In this document: in pieces, positions 11,870-25,049 of the stretch
Position numbering within the stretch: the stretch's first letter is position 1
Layout of the letters: each line of letters starts with the position of its first letter
NCBI RefSeq assembly: GCF_964194025.1
Contig: NC_134479.1
Location: 49,166,001-49,230,000, forward strand
DNA from: Convolutriloba macropyga
Taxonomy: Eukaryota
Direction of reading: 5' to 3'
Length of the DNA stretch: 64,000 bases
The notes under the pieces: model-generated
The model's database searches: none
What the model saw: the letters and a program-made list of their open reading frames with translations, nothing else
Told to the model about the DNA's origin: nothing
Translations under genes and position numbers: made by a program

Positions 11870-14063
11870 TTTTTTGTAGACTATACGGCTGTACTAGTGG
11901 GTTAGCACATAATTCATTTTTTATGTCTTCGAAGGCTTTTTGTTGCATTTTGCCCCATGAGAAATCGCTATTTCTCATGTTATTTAAGGGTAGCATTTTT
12001 GTTGCAAAATCAGGAATCATTCTTCCGTAAAAATTAGCTAGCCCAACAAACGATTCGAGTTGTTTATTGTTAGTTGGTGCTTTTGCATTTTTTATTTTTT
12101 CAACATGTTTGGGATCTGGTGCTATTCCCTCCTTTGAAATGGAGTATCCCAAAAAGCTAACGCTATCGACTGGTTTTGAGTTAGATTTTTTCTCATTAAT
12201 AGTAAAGTGTTTCTCACGTAGTCGACTCTTGACTGCAAGCATTCTCTCGTCGAACTGCTCCTTGGTAGTTCCATACACCAATACATCGTCTTGAAAGATC
12301 ACAACACCTTTGATTCCTTTGAGTGTTGATTCTATGCAATTCTGGAAGATTGAAGAAGAGTTTTTCAATCCCTGAGGTAGTCGGCACATCTTGAACAGTC
12401 CCTGAGATGTGTTGATTGTGCATATATCTTTTGCTTCTTCGTCAAGTTCAATTTGATAGTAGGCATCTGAGAGGTCAATTTTGCCAAAGTATGAGGCCCC
12501 ATGTAGGTTATGGAAGATCGTCTCCATGTCTGGTATTGGGTAGTCCTCATCCATGACCTTGCCATTGATGTGCACTTTCAAGTCCACGCAAAGTCTCAGT
12601 TCTCCACTCTTCTTCCTCTGCCACACCACTGGAGATGCATTAGTGACTCCTCCTGGCTGTACCGGTTCAAGGATGCCTTGTCTGACCATTTGTTCCAGCT
12701 TCTCTGTGACCTTGTCTTGAAGAGGTAGAGGTATTTTTCTGGCTTTGCAGAACATTGGCTGTGTTCCTGGTATCAACTTCACATGAGCTTTGTAACCCTT
12801 CACAGCAGGTACGTGCTCGGCTGTTATGTTGTTCACGCCGTGCTTGGGTAGAAGGTCTCTACCAAGTAGTCCAAATTCTTTACCAGACTGCACAACTGCA
12901 AATTGTTTTTGAGTGAGCCTGCTTCCGTTCCACTCAACGTCACAAGTAAGTGATCCCAGAAGCGTTAATTGATGACCATCATAAGCTTCGAGATGTCTTA
13001 TCTTACCATCCAACTGAGGTTTACCAAGCTCAGTCCATATTTTTGATGATATCACTGTGCTATCTGCACCTGTGTCTACCTGCATTTTTACTTTGCAGTT
13101 ATTTATTGAGATGTATTCCCATGTCACAGACATGCTAAAGAATTGTTCTTTAGTATAAAACATTCCCATCTCCGATGCTGGAGATGCTTGCTCTGAAGAA
13201 ACATTTTCTTCTTCGCAAAAGTTATTCTGTTTATTGTACTTACCTGAATTTGGTTGGGGTTTGCTTCTACACATTTTTGAGAAGTGTCCCACCTTTTCAC
13301 AGGTGTTGCATTTCTTACTTAGCGCTGGACAAGGTCTACTAGAGTGTGGCTTACCTCCACACCTAGTGCACATGTTTTTGCTTTTATTAGTCGTAATCTT
13401 TTCCTTTGGTTTTCGAAAGGTCTTTTTGAAGTTGAACCCAACTTCTTCTTTCACCGTAAAGGGCTTATTACCTGATGACGAACTTGCAAAAGCCATTGCT
13501 TGACTTCTGAACTGTAAGCTCTCGGTCATTTCAGTAACCGACATTGCTGGTTTTGCTTTAATACCGTCTAGTAGTCTAAGTTTTGCTTCAGGGTCCCTCA
13601 AACCTGAGATAAACTTTATTTTTACCAACTCCTCTTCGGGGTTGGCCGCTGTTTTCAATTTTTCGAAGTCACAATAGCGTGCTTCTTCTCTAAGACGTGC
13701 TAGGAAGTCGTCATCTGACTCCCCTACACCTTGGATTACGGACAGAAATTTAGCCCTTTCTGCCGTTACTACTCTCTCTTTAGGAGAAATATAATTTTGA
13801 ATCGCTAATCTGATGTCTTTATACGGAGTGTCTATCAAATTCCTAGGACTCATTAAGCTCCTAAGTTTAATGATTGCATCTTGCCCGCACATACTAAGAA
13901 AGAGATTGGTTACCTGTAGGTCCTGTACAGTACCATCGGTGTTGACTTTGTCCTCTTTCTTCTCTGCGCGACATTTCGCCACAAAAGACATAATCCACGC
14001 AGTAGCTGATTCTGCATTCTGTAGATCCAAAATTTGTCTGTCTGTAGCTGGTCTGGACACCAT
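11850..14063 (-). CDS. gag-pol: Gypsy gag-protease-reverse transcriptase polyprotein (ATG at 14063)
   Basis: Two CCHC knuckles (CTRCGGKPHSSRPC, CNTCEKVGHFSKMC); aspartic protease VDTGAD; RT motifs LRLCVDLK, KIDLSDAYYQI, LPQGLKNS, FQDD, FLGYSIS. Confidence 0.93.
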   Translation of the reverse strand: MVSRPATDRQILDLQNAESATAWIMSFVAKCRAEKKEDKVNTDGTVQDLQVTNLFLSMCGQDAIIKLRSLMSPRNLIDTPYKDIRLAIQNYISPKERVVTAERAKFLSVIQGVGESDDDFLARLREEARYCDFEKLKTAANPEEELVKIKFISGLRDPEAKLRLLDGIKAKPAMSVTEMTESLQFRSQAMAFASSSSGNKPFTVKEEVGFNFKKTFRKPKEKITTNKSKNMCTRCGGKPHSSRPCPALSKKCNTCEKVGHFSKMCRSKPQPNSGKYNKQNNFCEEENVSSEQASPASEMGMFYTKEQFFSMSVTWEYISINNCKVKMQVDTGADSTVISSKIWTELGKPQLDGKIRHLEAYDGHQLTLLGSLTCDVEWNGSRLTQKQFAVVQSGKEFGLLGRDLLPKHGVNNITAEHVPAVKGYKAHVKLIPGTQPMFCKARKIPLPLQDKVTEKLEQMVRQGILEPVQPGGVTNASPVVWQRKKSGELRLCVDLKVHINGKVMDEDYPIPDMETIFHNLHGASYFGKIDLSDAYYQIELDEEAKDICTINTSQGLFKMCRLPQGLKNSSSIFQNCIESTLKGIKGVVIFQDDVLVYGTTKEQFDERMLAVKSRLREKHFTINEKKSNSKPVDSVSFLGYSISKEGIAPDPKHVEKIKNAKAPTNNKQLESFVGLANFYGRMIPDFATKMLPLNNMRNSDFSWGKMQQKAFEDIKNELCANPLVQPYSLQKRSNSYY

Positions 14064-14320
14064 TGTCGTGGTCGATAACACGGGTCAAAGAATTCAATAA
14101 GTTGAATTTTAAATTAAATTTTGAACTGAAAATATACAAAAATTAGCTTGTATTTATAGTGGTTATCTATGCGAAAATATACAGAGAAAATTTAGATTAG
14201 CTAAAAATATTTTACATGATTGGCATGTGAATAGATCTTAACTCCGAATCCCGGAGGTGACTTTCTATTTTCATCAACATTTCATGAGAATCATATTGAT
14301 GTTTCATTGAAACCATCACA
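14064..14320 (-). repeat. 5' LTR of the Gypsy element, with a TATAAATA box on the minus strand
   Basis: Direct repeat of 9920-10176; plus-strand TATTTATA at about 14151-14158. Confidence 0.97.
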
Positions 14321-15497
14321 CAACTGTTTCCAAAATTGCTACCTTAACGCTCATTTCTGTAATTAATCGCCATTTATAGGTAGCTGTAATTGTTAAGTGT
14401 CTTCTTACTCCACAATTAGTATTGAAAGGAATAATCAGAAATTTATCACCAATCAGGCTTTCTTTGAATTTAGTATAATTAACAACTTGTTAGCTATCGC
14501 GGTTAAAAGGCGTGCGCAACTGAGACTGATTTGACACTTGCGACGAAGGGAATGGACAACTACGACAAAAATTGTCACTGTTGTCCACGCTTGTCAAAAA
14601 CAGGCGTCGCAGAAAATTGAAACAGAAATATGCAAAATTGATGAAATTGAAGCTTGGCTTTCACATTCATAAATTAATTGTCCGAGACAAATCCTAGATT
14701 TTCCGATTTTCTTGCTTTCTATTTCTTTACTTCAGACAAATCCGATTTTCTTTACTTTCGGTACTACTGCTCCGGAGAAAATTTGAACTCCACAATTTTT
14801 CATTCTACTGCTGGTGTACTCGTTGAAGCAGGATAGTTGTCTTCTCCAAAAAAACAAAGAACTTGTTCATCTTTTGTAAATTCCTACATAAAGATCGCTG
14901 TGCTCAAGGGCAGTTACGAGCTTCTAGAGCCCCCGCGAGCTGCGGAACTTTTTGAGATTCAGAATGACTATTACTATTATATTACTTAGCCGCATATTTA
15001 AAAGCTGTTATTGAGGAAATTACGACGGCACCTTCGATGTTAATAAAAGAACGCAAAAGCGCGTAATATATGAGAATTTCGCTCTGGAAGACAAACTCAG
15101 GCGTTTCTACTTAAAACTAACTGAAAACCAACCTCAAAGTTTCAAAGTTTTTTTTATAAACTGAATAGTTCTACATCAGATACTAGACGCCGTTAGAGAA
15201 CAATTTTACCGACGCCGCAATTTTATTTCGAGAATTCTGATGTGGCGTGGTGTCGTTTGGTATTGCGAAAATGAAACAATTTAAGTTATGATCAAAACCA
15301 TTCCGGTTTTCGCCTGCTAACTCTTTGTTTCATATTATTTCAGCTAGAGCGAGTGTTTTTGACTAAAAACTGTAGTAGCTAGCTACCCAAAGTAGCGTTA
15401 ATTTATGACACTCCATATCCCTACACCCCAAGGCTCAATCAGAAATATACGCAATATTTTTAGTAAATCTAACACCCAATGTTTATATGATGTTAAG

Positions 15498-15615
15498 GAG
15501 GTGCTGAACTACAACTGCCGAGATTTAGTCCGAGTCGTGCCTTTCTTCAAAGGAGCTGATCCACTATTCGTCTCTGCTGTAGTCGCTAAACTCAAATTCG
15601 AAGTTTATCAACCAG
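15498..15615 (+). CDS. HCN: HCN-type channel exon (C-linker / start of CNBD)
   Basis: AG|...|GT exon encoding EVLNYNCRDLVRVVPFFKGADPLFVSAVVAKLKFEVYQPG, matching HCN [40 protein letters not shown]. Upstream exons were not found in the window. Confidence 0.92.
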
Positions 15616-15985
15616 GTACATGCCATATACAACCAACAAACTACAATTCTAAACGACTTTCTTACGATTAATCTCATGTAAATGAACGTCGGAGGAATTG
15701 TTAAAATTGTTTGCTAGAGAGTCTCCGATTCCGAATCTCAGCCCTATACATTCAAACCGTGTTAAATCCCAGAACCCTGAAAATTCCAGTTGATGTTAAA
15801 AACAACAAACATTTGAATCTATCGAAACAAAAAAACTCTTAGAATTGTGGAAAAAACTCTGAACCCTGAAAATTCCAAGTGATTTTAATAATTGACAACA
15901 AACATTTGAATTCATCAAAAAAAACAAAACTTCCAGCATTGAACCAAATCACACTGACTCTTTGTTTATATCCGTGTCTATACAG

Positions 15986-16111
15986 GTGACTATGTGATCA
16001 CGGAGGGGAGTATTGGGACTAAGATGTACTTCATCCAAACTGGGACTCTGGATGTGATTACTAGAGAGGGTTCTGTCGTCGCACAACTCACTGATGGAGC
16101 TTATTTTGGAG
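15986..16111 (+). CDS. HCN: HCN-type channel exon (CNBD beta-roll)
   Basis: TACAG|...|GTAAC, phase 1-1, DYVITEGSIGTKMYFIQTGTLDVITREGSVVAQLTDGAYFG. Confidence 0.93.
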
Positions 16112-17242
16112 GTAACACGTAAAGACAAATTTGAGAGAAAATTATAACAGGTAAAAGAGGGAGGCACCTTTGTAAGGTGCGTCCGAACATAACATTCCTA
16201 CTCATTTTTATGTTGTCTGCTCAGCCATGCGTAATTGAGGCTTCTTTAAACCATGAATTGACTAATGTCGGACAAATTACTATTGAACGACGTTCGGGGA
16301 TTTCATTCAGAGGGGGATGTATAACCTAGATAATTTTTTATGGGGGCAAAAAATTCCGACCAAGGAGAGGATCGCACCCCTGTCCTTAGTTGTAACGCAC
16401 TAAAGCATTAGCCACTCTGCGCTCAAGGCCATGTGACAGCTGATCTTGCATACGCATTCGTTTTAGCAACAGACTTAATTTCTGAATAAGCGCAATTTAA
16501 GTCAGGCGTGAGAAGAAATCAAAGAAATTCTCTAGAATTAAACAAGACACAAACGTTTACAATAATTGATTCGAAATTCGTTTGAGAGCAATTCAACAAT
16601 AGCACGCCTCTGCATAAAAAATACATGAAATTGAGCGTGATAGCCGAATTAAGATGGGTGATTGACACCCCAATTAACGAGAGTTATATCCACTGTCTAC
16701 GTTATGCTTGTGTTTGAGCTCAGCGCTTACTTAACCATAGCTTGAGGTTGAACATAGCCTGACCATTTTTGGTTGCATTGATGGTTCCAGTTAAAATTTT
16801 CAGACCCGAAAAAAGTCCAAAAGCACCAAAAAAGAGCATTGATGCTAACAACATGAAATCTTGAAATGTGGGCAAAAATAGAAAAGAACAGCTGAGAAAA
16901 GGCTACTGTTAATGCTCTGCACACTAAACGTCTAATGCTGCTCTGATGCGACAACGCAGAAATAAAGTTAAATTATTCATCCATTATTTTTTACTCATTA
17001 AATTAGCGTCTTTACTGTTAACAAGCTAGCGATAAAAACTTCAATTTTTATTTGACGGATAATTTGAGATTTGACGGATATGAAAAACTCATCAACGCAA
17101 CATAAAAAACAGAAACCAGCTAAACATTTCTATCTGAAAATGTTGCCGGAAACATTCTATTACCAGTTACCGCGGCTCTGATTTTTCTATCAACTGATGC
17201 AGGCTACCACTGAGGTCTGGTGTCAAAGTCAAATTAAAATAA

Positions 17243-19870
17243 AACAAGGCGACTCGGTAATGTGCGATCGCACATAAGGTTCCGACTCCGCTCATCCACA
17301 ATTTTGGCTTGATTGTCTACCAAATTAGGAACATAGAAAAACCCAAAAATTCAAGTATTTTAAAAAAAATTGGTGTATGAACGAAAAGAAAGTCTCCAAA
17401 GCAAATAAATGTGGCGGAATAAAAATGGCGCATTAGATTGATGAGATGTGCAAATATTAAGAAAGCGAGTCAAGACGAACAGCAAAATCAAACAACAACA
17501 ACAAAAATTAATTAAATCAAAAACTTCAAGTCCGTTTTAAAAAACAAAACTTAATAACAAAGTCAAAATAGCGTCAGATAAAACTGATATTAAACAAAAT
17601 AACTTGTAATTCAACGGAAACGATAAGGGAGTAGTCAATAAAAAGGCTTGGTAACAATTAGACAATAAAGAACAAAAACAGCAAAGTTAAAAAATTCGCT
17701 TCATTTTTTAAAACAATTAATTTTGAAATAATGAAAACCATTAGAAATCAAATAAAATATCCCATAGATGTACCATTACCAATGCTTCCATAGAAAGAAT
17801 TTGAGAGCTGCCGGTATTTAATTTTTTACGCGGTTACAAAAAGAACATATAGACAACAAACAAAAAATCAAATAAAACTTAGCAGAAAACGCTTTCGAAA
17901 ACGCTTTAAAGCCATACTATGGCCATCAAAATGTGTTCAATTTCACTTTCTGCAACCACCCACAATGAATTATGTGACTTCTCATCAATGAAGCAAGGTA
18001 ACAAGTAGACAATAATGGAAAACAAATTGCAAAAATAAGTAACACTTTAAATTTTTTTCGAAAAAAAATATTTCCAAAGACATGAATGCCATTATTTACA
18101 GGAAAAAAATTAGTTAGATTCGTCTCTTCTTCCGAAAGAAGCCCATGAGAATTGCAATTATCCAGAAAATGTCTTATGTCTACAAAAAGAACGTCAATCA
18201 GGACAAAAACCAAAAACATTACTTTACATTTTTTCCGTGTCGAAGACAGTAAAGTCTTCGAATTATTTAAACATTAGATTGTGTGGCACCAATCTCTCTT
18301 GAATACTTTTTTGACAACAATAATGTCATATTTGGTTTGTAGTTAACGAGACTAGATAACAAACAGACAAAAAAGGAGCAAAATTGCGAAGTTACGAAAA
18401 GTTTTTTTTTTAATTCATAAAACAATCGTTTTCAGAGTCATGAAATCCATAAGCTATCTACTAATATCAGAAGATCAGATCATCTATTCATCCATGAAAA
18501 GCCAATGAAACTGGGCCATTATACTGGAATTCTCATACGATTAAACAGACAAAGCAAAAAGGACAGTTAAAGACAAAATTGAAAAAATTCATATTCTTCG
18601 AGAAAGTAGTGTCGAAGCCGTTAAAATCATAATCGATATCTTCAAGGATTTTAATATTATCAATCGTGCTCTATCTTGAAAGCCAATAATGTGATATACG
18701 AACTGTCAATAATGTGATAATGTAACAAAACTAGAAAACGTGAAAAATGGGCAAATACCTAAAAAAATTTTAAAATGTGAAATCTAGTACTATCAAAGCC
18801 AGAAAACCATAACTTATGGCGTAAAACCGCAATAAAGATTGAAATTTGATTTCAATAGAAAGAAGACGCATTCTTTCATTGCGGACAATAAGCTATAAAT
18901 TGACCAAAGAAAGGAAAATAGGCAAAAGTTCAATGAGTCATTACTTATTTGAAAATCAAATAATTTTAAAAGTCAAAACGACCATAAGCTTTCAAGTAAT
19001 CAGCTAGATACAATAGTGTGGAGCTAATTAGGAAACCAATTGGAACTATCATTAGTGAGCTGTTTTTGAAATGTTCTGTTATTTAATTATTGTAGAAGAG
19101 ATCGAATTATTTTTATATAAAAAAGACCGACTTTTTATAATCCGAATTTTTTTGGGATTATACCAGTCCAACATTGGTCCAAAACTAGCCCTGCTAATGC
19201 TGTTTGTTCTTTAAGAACCATTAATTTTTCGAATGTTATAGATATTGATTTTTTGTTAGTTAAAAAAATCAAAAATAGATGCTGCGTTTTTGATAATCAA
19301 CGAATAAATTTAGCAAAAAACGGCGAAGTTTTAATTACAGAGCACTCTCCACGGGATTTGATGTAAAAAAGCCCCCTTTTGAGTCTACAAAAATTGTGTT
19401 AGTGGTGTTTGGCGTCTATTTTTCCTGTAAATTTAATCAAAATGGACTAAAGAAACTTATTTCGTGCTGTTTTTGAAGAAAAAGTCTTAATTTTGAAATA
19501 TTTAGCCAGAATTTTTGACAAAAAAATAAAACTAGCCTACAATATTCTTTTGATTTTTTTTTGTATTTACAAAAAAAAATCAACAACACTTTAAAAAAAT
19601 AACAAATTTTAGCAAAAATTCCGGAAAAAGTGAATAAAATCTCGCCGGAATTCACATTATTTTCTCAAAATTTAAACCTCGATAACTCCCTGTAAAAAAC
19701 GAAAATTAAAAAAATCTTTTTAATTCCATATTCTACGCTGGACAAGCTTTCTAATGATACCAGTCTCAACTCTCTACGATGAATATATCGATCGGCCAAA
19801 ATTCACTGAACAAAAAAAAACCCGTTTGAGTATATAGTTCCTTCCCCCTCAAGAGGGGTCGGAACAAAAA
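17243..19870 (-). mobile_element. Non-autonomous Helentron/Helitron2-like element, family 1, copy A
   Basis: The minus-strand 5' end has a T-run, subTIR TGTTCCGACCC and hairpin CCCCTC-TT-GAGGGG. The 3' end has subTIR GAGTCGGAACC, palindrome ATGTGCGATCGCACAT (17260-17275) and CTTGTT. Both ends match 34104-36206 in inverted orientation. Confidence 0.7.
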
Positions 19871-19949
19871 GCGTAGGTACAAAAAGTTATATCAATTTAC
19901 TCAAATACAATTTCCCAACATTTTATTTTTTTTTTCAATTTGAATTAAA

Positions 19950-21900
19950 TCCAGATTTCTTCACAACATCAACTACAGACTGTGGCAGCAACATATAGGT
20001 TCTACATTAACCCGGTTTTGATAATTTTGGGCAAAAGACGTCAGAGGGCAAAAAACCATCCATGAGCGAAAAAAAATCACTTCAAATCAGTCTCTAGTGA
20101 GAAGGAACAGCAATCAAAAATTTCCTCTTTATTGTTTGGATTCTAAGACATCAACGCTGAGATGATTTCTTCAACACTCTCAAATTTCCTATTTAATTCA
20201 AAACTGAAGTTCATTTTCAAACTCAAACATTAAGAAAATATACAAGGATCATCAAAGTTCCGATAGGGCAAAACGAACAGCGGCTGTTTTGATCTACCCT
20301 CTAGATACCATTTAGGCACACAGCTTAGACCTATTTAACGGATTTTGAGCAAAAACTAACAGATATTGAACTCTTAAGTCTTGCGATAAAATACCAGAAA
20401 CAGGATCAACTGATCATAGAGCTCTTGATTGAAAAAATTCAACAGTTATTCAGAACAACAGTTCTTTAATTCATACCGAAAGAGAACAGCTTAACGCCAG
20501 CTGAAACAATTTTCAGACTTTAAATAAGCCCAAAGATTGGAACAATTAAATATGCCTTTTACGAAAATCATAAATTACAAAATAAACCAACTTTTCCAAT
20601 AAATTTATATCATTTGCAAGAATATTTGCTGTGGTCTTGCAGAGAAAATTGTTTGAAGATTGACCAGATTACATATTTGACAATTGGTGGCTAATAGCCA
20701 GGTGTATAAATAGTTGAATACATTACAACTGGCCAAAAGCCCGACAACAATTGTCAAAATTCATGACACCATATGTTGTCTGAAAGTTCTCAAAGTTGCA
20801 CTCGAATGATTTCGAAGAGACAAAGAAATCATTCTTTGAACTGAAACTAGTTTCTCAAGAATATTTTATAAACGTTAAAAGAGTATAAGAGCGTCATGCG
20901 TGTTATTGCTTTGATATCATAAGTATTCAAGCTGATTTCAGGTATTTAGATCAGCGCATGGTGAAAGTTTAGAAGGCAGAAATAAACATAAGTTATCATT
21001 CATCATTTTTCTGAGAGAATTTTGCAACAAAATTTAAATAAACTGATTGATTAATTTTTTAAGATGTGTTGTTGAAAGTCGCAGTCACGGACAGACAGTA
21101 GAATATGTCTGCAAAACTCAGATAATTAAAATGCTCTATTATAGGGACTGTTAATATCTATCGATATCCGAAAATGAGAAAGCTGAAGTACTTAAGCATC
21201 TTATTTCTTTTTCAGGGCCGATCTTCGTTCCCTAAAAAGGCGGAGCAGAAATACTTTCAGACATTTTTCGATTTGTACACACACTTCATAATTCCTCCAA
21301 TTTCTTTCAAGTTTGCTGTCAACAATCGATATTAAAGCGAATAATGTATTTTTTAAATGTTGACCGAGTTACAACAATGAAATGCAAGCCTAAAGGACCT
21401 CCTCCATAATTTCACATTAAAGGAATTTTATACAAGTCTGACCGACGTCAAAAGTTAAACCCAAGCTAAAAATGAAACCGAATAAATCATTCATAAAACT
21501 AGAGCAATTAAAAGATTTTTCCACACTTGGAACCTCATTGCATATTCACGACGCAGAACGCGAAGCAAACAACACTCGGCGGTGAATTAATAAACAGGTC
21601 CATCAATAATTTAAAGATAGAAAAGATGTTTGATGTTTTTATTTGGGACAGAAAACGGACGAAAATCGAAAGAAATGGCGTCAAAAAGAGCAAAAAGCAA
21701 GTAAAACTGTATCAAGTGTGAGCTTGAAACTTGGATAAGAAACCGAGATGGTATTATACATTTCACAACTGAGGTTTCTGACGATGAATGTTGACAATTA
21801 TACTGATCTAAGTAGTTGGTCTTAAATTCATAATCAGAAAACGATGCCAATACTGCTTCTGTTCAACAGTACAGAAACATTTCAGGGTCTCTTTGGAAGT
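19950..21900 (+). pseudogene. Highly decayed non-LTR retrotransposon remnant (APE endonuclease-like pieces and a C-terminal Cys motif)
   Basis: Fragmentary peptides resembling ILGDIN (~20140), SLDLF (~20322), TGSTDHRAL (~20400) and CQYC...ETF (~21845). No long ORF; boundaries approximate. Confidence 0.3.
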
Positions 21901-22399
21901 GAACTAGATTGTGAACAACACTAAACTGGGGCCTATTGGTAATAAAAAGCAGTTTCCAATTTCGTGCTTTATACAACATTCAAATTTTAACACCAAATTT
22001 GTATAAGAATTTTTATAGTTTTCTTCAGGATTTTTTCTGTTTTTTTTCTGTTTCGATGAATGTTTGTTTACATAATTTGATAAATTATTTGTTAGAACAA
22101 GCGTTTGGTTAGTTCCAAAAGCAGCCTTGACATACCTAACTCATGGCTCAGCTTCTGATTATCTAGCTTGGTTGAGCTCTATTTGAAATTGCGCTCTCAA
22201 TTTGAGAGCAGAATTCATTTTTTTTTACTTCAGCACTCTCTTAAAAATCTAAGTTGAGCTGTTAACTAATGAAAAATGATTCGAGGCAAAGCAAGCTGAT
22301 TAATAAAGAAGCTGTTATTTACAGAAACTTAATACAATGATACTTAAACGAAATTTTAGTGAAATTTTGTTTGAAAAGGGACATATGTTTTCCTCTGCA

Positions 22400-23800
22400 T
22401 CTCATTTCTCAATGTTTGGTAAAATTAGTTGTTTACCTGAACAAACTTTATTTTTACAAAATGCAAAATTGCATCAGAGTTGAATTAATGTCTGCCCTTT
22501 CTTTGCTCCAATAGTCGTTCTCGTGAAATAAAGAAAAATGATCTCACTGGTTTAAACGCTCTTTTGTAGAGATGTACGTCTAAAAATCAATCATAGTTTA
22601 AAATACAGAGTAAGAACAAAATAGTCTTGCAAAGGCGTTAATGTCTTCATTGTGCGTAGATACGGTTGTCCGAATTGTTCCATTGGCCACTAATGAATTA
22701 GTTGACCTCAACACAAAATTTTTTGCACTATAATTTGTAACTTTTGTGATTTTTTTGTTCTCATATTGCATTGCTACTAATAATAGATCGCTGAAGCCCT
22801 AACAAGATCTCATAAATCTATATACTTTGTCTAGACACCAAACGTTTTTTTTTGATAAGCATACATAAACTTCTGGTTTTTGGTTATCTTGCCCTCCAAT
22901 CTCATCTATGAGTCATAATCAGTCAATAAGAAACATATGAAGTTTTCTGTTCACTTGATAGATAATAATAGCTAACATTGTCGCCATTTGATTTCGTAAA
23001 AATTTGAGGAATTTTGCAAAGCTAACAATTGGACTTACCAATTATTTTGATTGCTCATAAGTCCCACTGACTTATAAGATTTACTTCTGAACGTTTTCAC
23101 CTAAGAACGTACGGTTTTCAAATTTTGCAAAAAATTTTTTGTTCAAGGTTGTTTTGTCGTTTCGTAAATAAATTCGAGTGACAAGATAAAATAACGGCTT
23201 GAAGCTCAAGTGGTTGCGTTTACTGATTTTCGTTTTATGGAATTTACCGCCAGATTGTATATGGATTTTTTTTAATTTAGCTCCTAAATTTTTCAAAATT
23301 TTGAAAATTCATTCAAGAATTTTTTACATGTTTCTTATATGAATTGATATCCATTTGGTGTAACAATCTTTTGTTAATTTCCAGAGGCATATCTGGCCCA
23401 CATGAATCGTGACTTGCTTCGTGATTTTATAGCTTAGGTAACCTCTATTTGCATTCGATCTGATTTTAAGTTGTCAATTTAGATTTAAAAGTGCAGAGCT
23501 CAATTTTTTTAACTTCTGCATTCTCTTATCCGTCTAAATTGATAATTTAAAATAAGCAAAACAAGATAGAGGTGACTTGTTAATTTAAAGACGTAATAGT
23601 TTTCAATTTAGTTTGATAACCGGATAGATGTTAAATTTTGAATCTCATTTTGTTTTTTTTTTGTTAAAACCACCAGATCAATTGATATAATTGATTCTTT
23701 TAGAGTTGATTTTAAGTCTGTTTATTTGTTTGTTTGAGTGCGCATTCTAGTGAAATAAAGAAATTCGATCCAGCTGGATCCAACCCTTTTTTGTATAGCC
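22400..23800 (-). pseudogene. Possible decayed LINE RT remnant
   Basis: Minus-strand peptides SHDSCGPDMP (~23385-23415) and SYKSVGLMSN (~23050-23080) resemble the S.GPD and YRPISLL motifs in the correct order. Boundaries approximate. Confidence 0.25.
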
Positions 23801-24292
23801 TGTTCTTTTCAAAGAATCTATCACAGTTTAAATAACAAAATATGAGTGAGCTCTCTTTAAAGGCAACCTATCTCAACTCCAATTGCTAAATTCAGTTCAA
23901 TTCAATTCAATTGCTAAATTCAGGGCGCGTGAGCTTATTTTCAATATCTATCTAATGAACTCTTACAACTTAACACAATTAGAATTATTGCAATCATTTC
24001 TCGGTTTATCTCCATGATTTTTCACTCTCGAAGTTTAACGACCTATAAACGTTATTCAATATTACAACATTTTCCATGCTTTTTCGGAAAAAAACTCGCT
24101 TTCGTGATCTCACTTATCTCGGAGAAACTTTGACCAATACAAAAAAAAGTCCCAAAAAAACTCCCGAATAAAATATACATTATTTTGCCAAACCAACTTT
24201 TAATTTCGAGCGTACCGATTAAATTCCGTAACCTAAATCTGGCTGAATATTTATTGAAAACTGTTAAAATATTACAATTTTTGGCGTTTTAG

Positions 24293-24394
24293 AGATCTGT
24301 CTGCTGGCCAAACTAAAGAGAACGGCAAGTGTGAAGGCAGACACCTTCTGCAATCTGTACAGTCTAGAATATTCTGATTTCCACAGTGTTTTAG
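24293..24394 (+). CDS. HCN: HCN-type channel exon (phosphate-binding cassette)
   Basis: TTTTAG|...|GTGAGT, phase 1-1, (E)ICLLAKLKRTASVKADTFCNLYSLEYSDFHSVL. Confidence 0.93.
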
Positions 24395-24546
24395 GTGAGT
24401 TCAAATCGATGTCAAAAACCCTCTGGTGGCAAATAAAGTTTTTTTATTCAATCAGGTTGCTTAAAAAAATTGCCCTCGGTGTAATCCCCAAAATTTCCGA
24501 GCAGTCAAGACAAAAATCATATCTGTTTGGATTATATAGTTCAAGT

Positions 24547-25049
24547 GGTGAACGGACAAAGGAGTCTCGAATAGCAAAATATTCCCAGACAAAATAGTCC
24601 CAAGAAGGCAGATAAATCAGTCCCCGGCAAAATAGTCCCAAATAAACAGAGTTACACATATGCACACTTTATTCATATGATTGTAAGTTGTAAGTCGTTG
24701 AACAAATATTAAGCTGATTAAAACATAGTCTTCGCCAAATTATGTATTTTGAACCAAGTTATGGTTTAAATCTTAATTCATATTAATTTAAAAAAAATGC
24801 ATTAAGAGGTTTAACTCATAGATTTTGTTCGTAAATTGATTGTAGATTATATTTACAATTTTTCTATATTTATTTGGGACTATTGTGTCTAACTAATTTG
24901 ATTGCTTTTCTTAGACTATTTTTATCTGGGACTCTTTTGTCCGGCGATATTTTGCAATTTCCGACTCTTTTGTCTGGGGATATTTTGCAATTTAGGAATC
25001 TTTTGTCCGGCGACATTTTCGCAATTTGGGACTCTTTTGTCCGGACACG
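24547..25049. mobile_element. MITE with arrays of ~15-bp subterminal repeats (GACAAAA.AGTCCC family)
   Basis: Starts GGTGAACGGACAAA and ends TTTGTCCGGACAC; repeat motifs are inverted between the two halves; same family at 28125-28429 and 28770-29213. Confidence 0.75.

Larger units (their letters stand above)
9920..14320 (-). mobile_element. Full-length Ty3/Gypsy LTR retrotransposon (Mag-like, 4401 bp), recently inserted
   Basis: Two 257-bp LTRs, identical by eye, with TG...CA ends; 5-bp TSD CAACT at 9915-9919 and 14321-14325; PBS-like TGGTGTCCAGA next to the 5' LTR; PPT next to the 3' LTR; domain order gag-PR-RT-RH-IN. Confidence 0.97.

Noticed and set aside
12285-12296. FQDD instead of YxDD as an inactivating RT mutation
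   Set aside because: Both catalytic aspartates are intact and Phe at this position occurs in other reverse transcriptases.
10249-14100. Many plus-strand ORFs over the Gypsy element
   Set aside because: Antisense shadows of gag-pol with no independent motifs.
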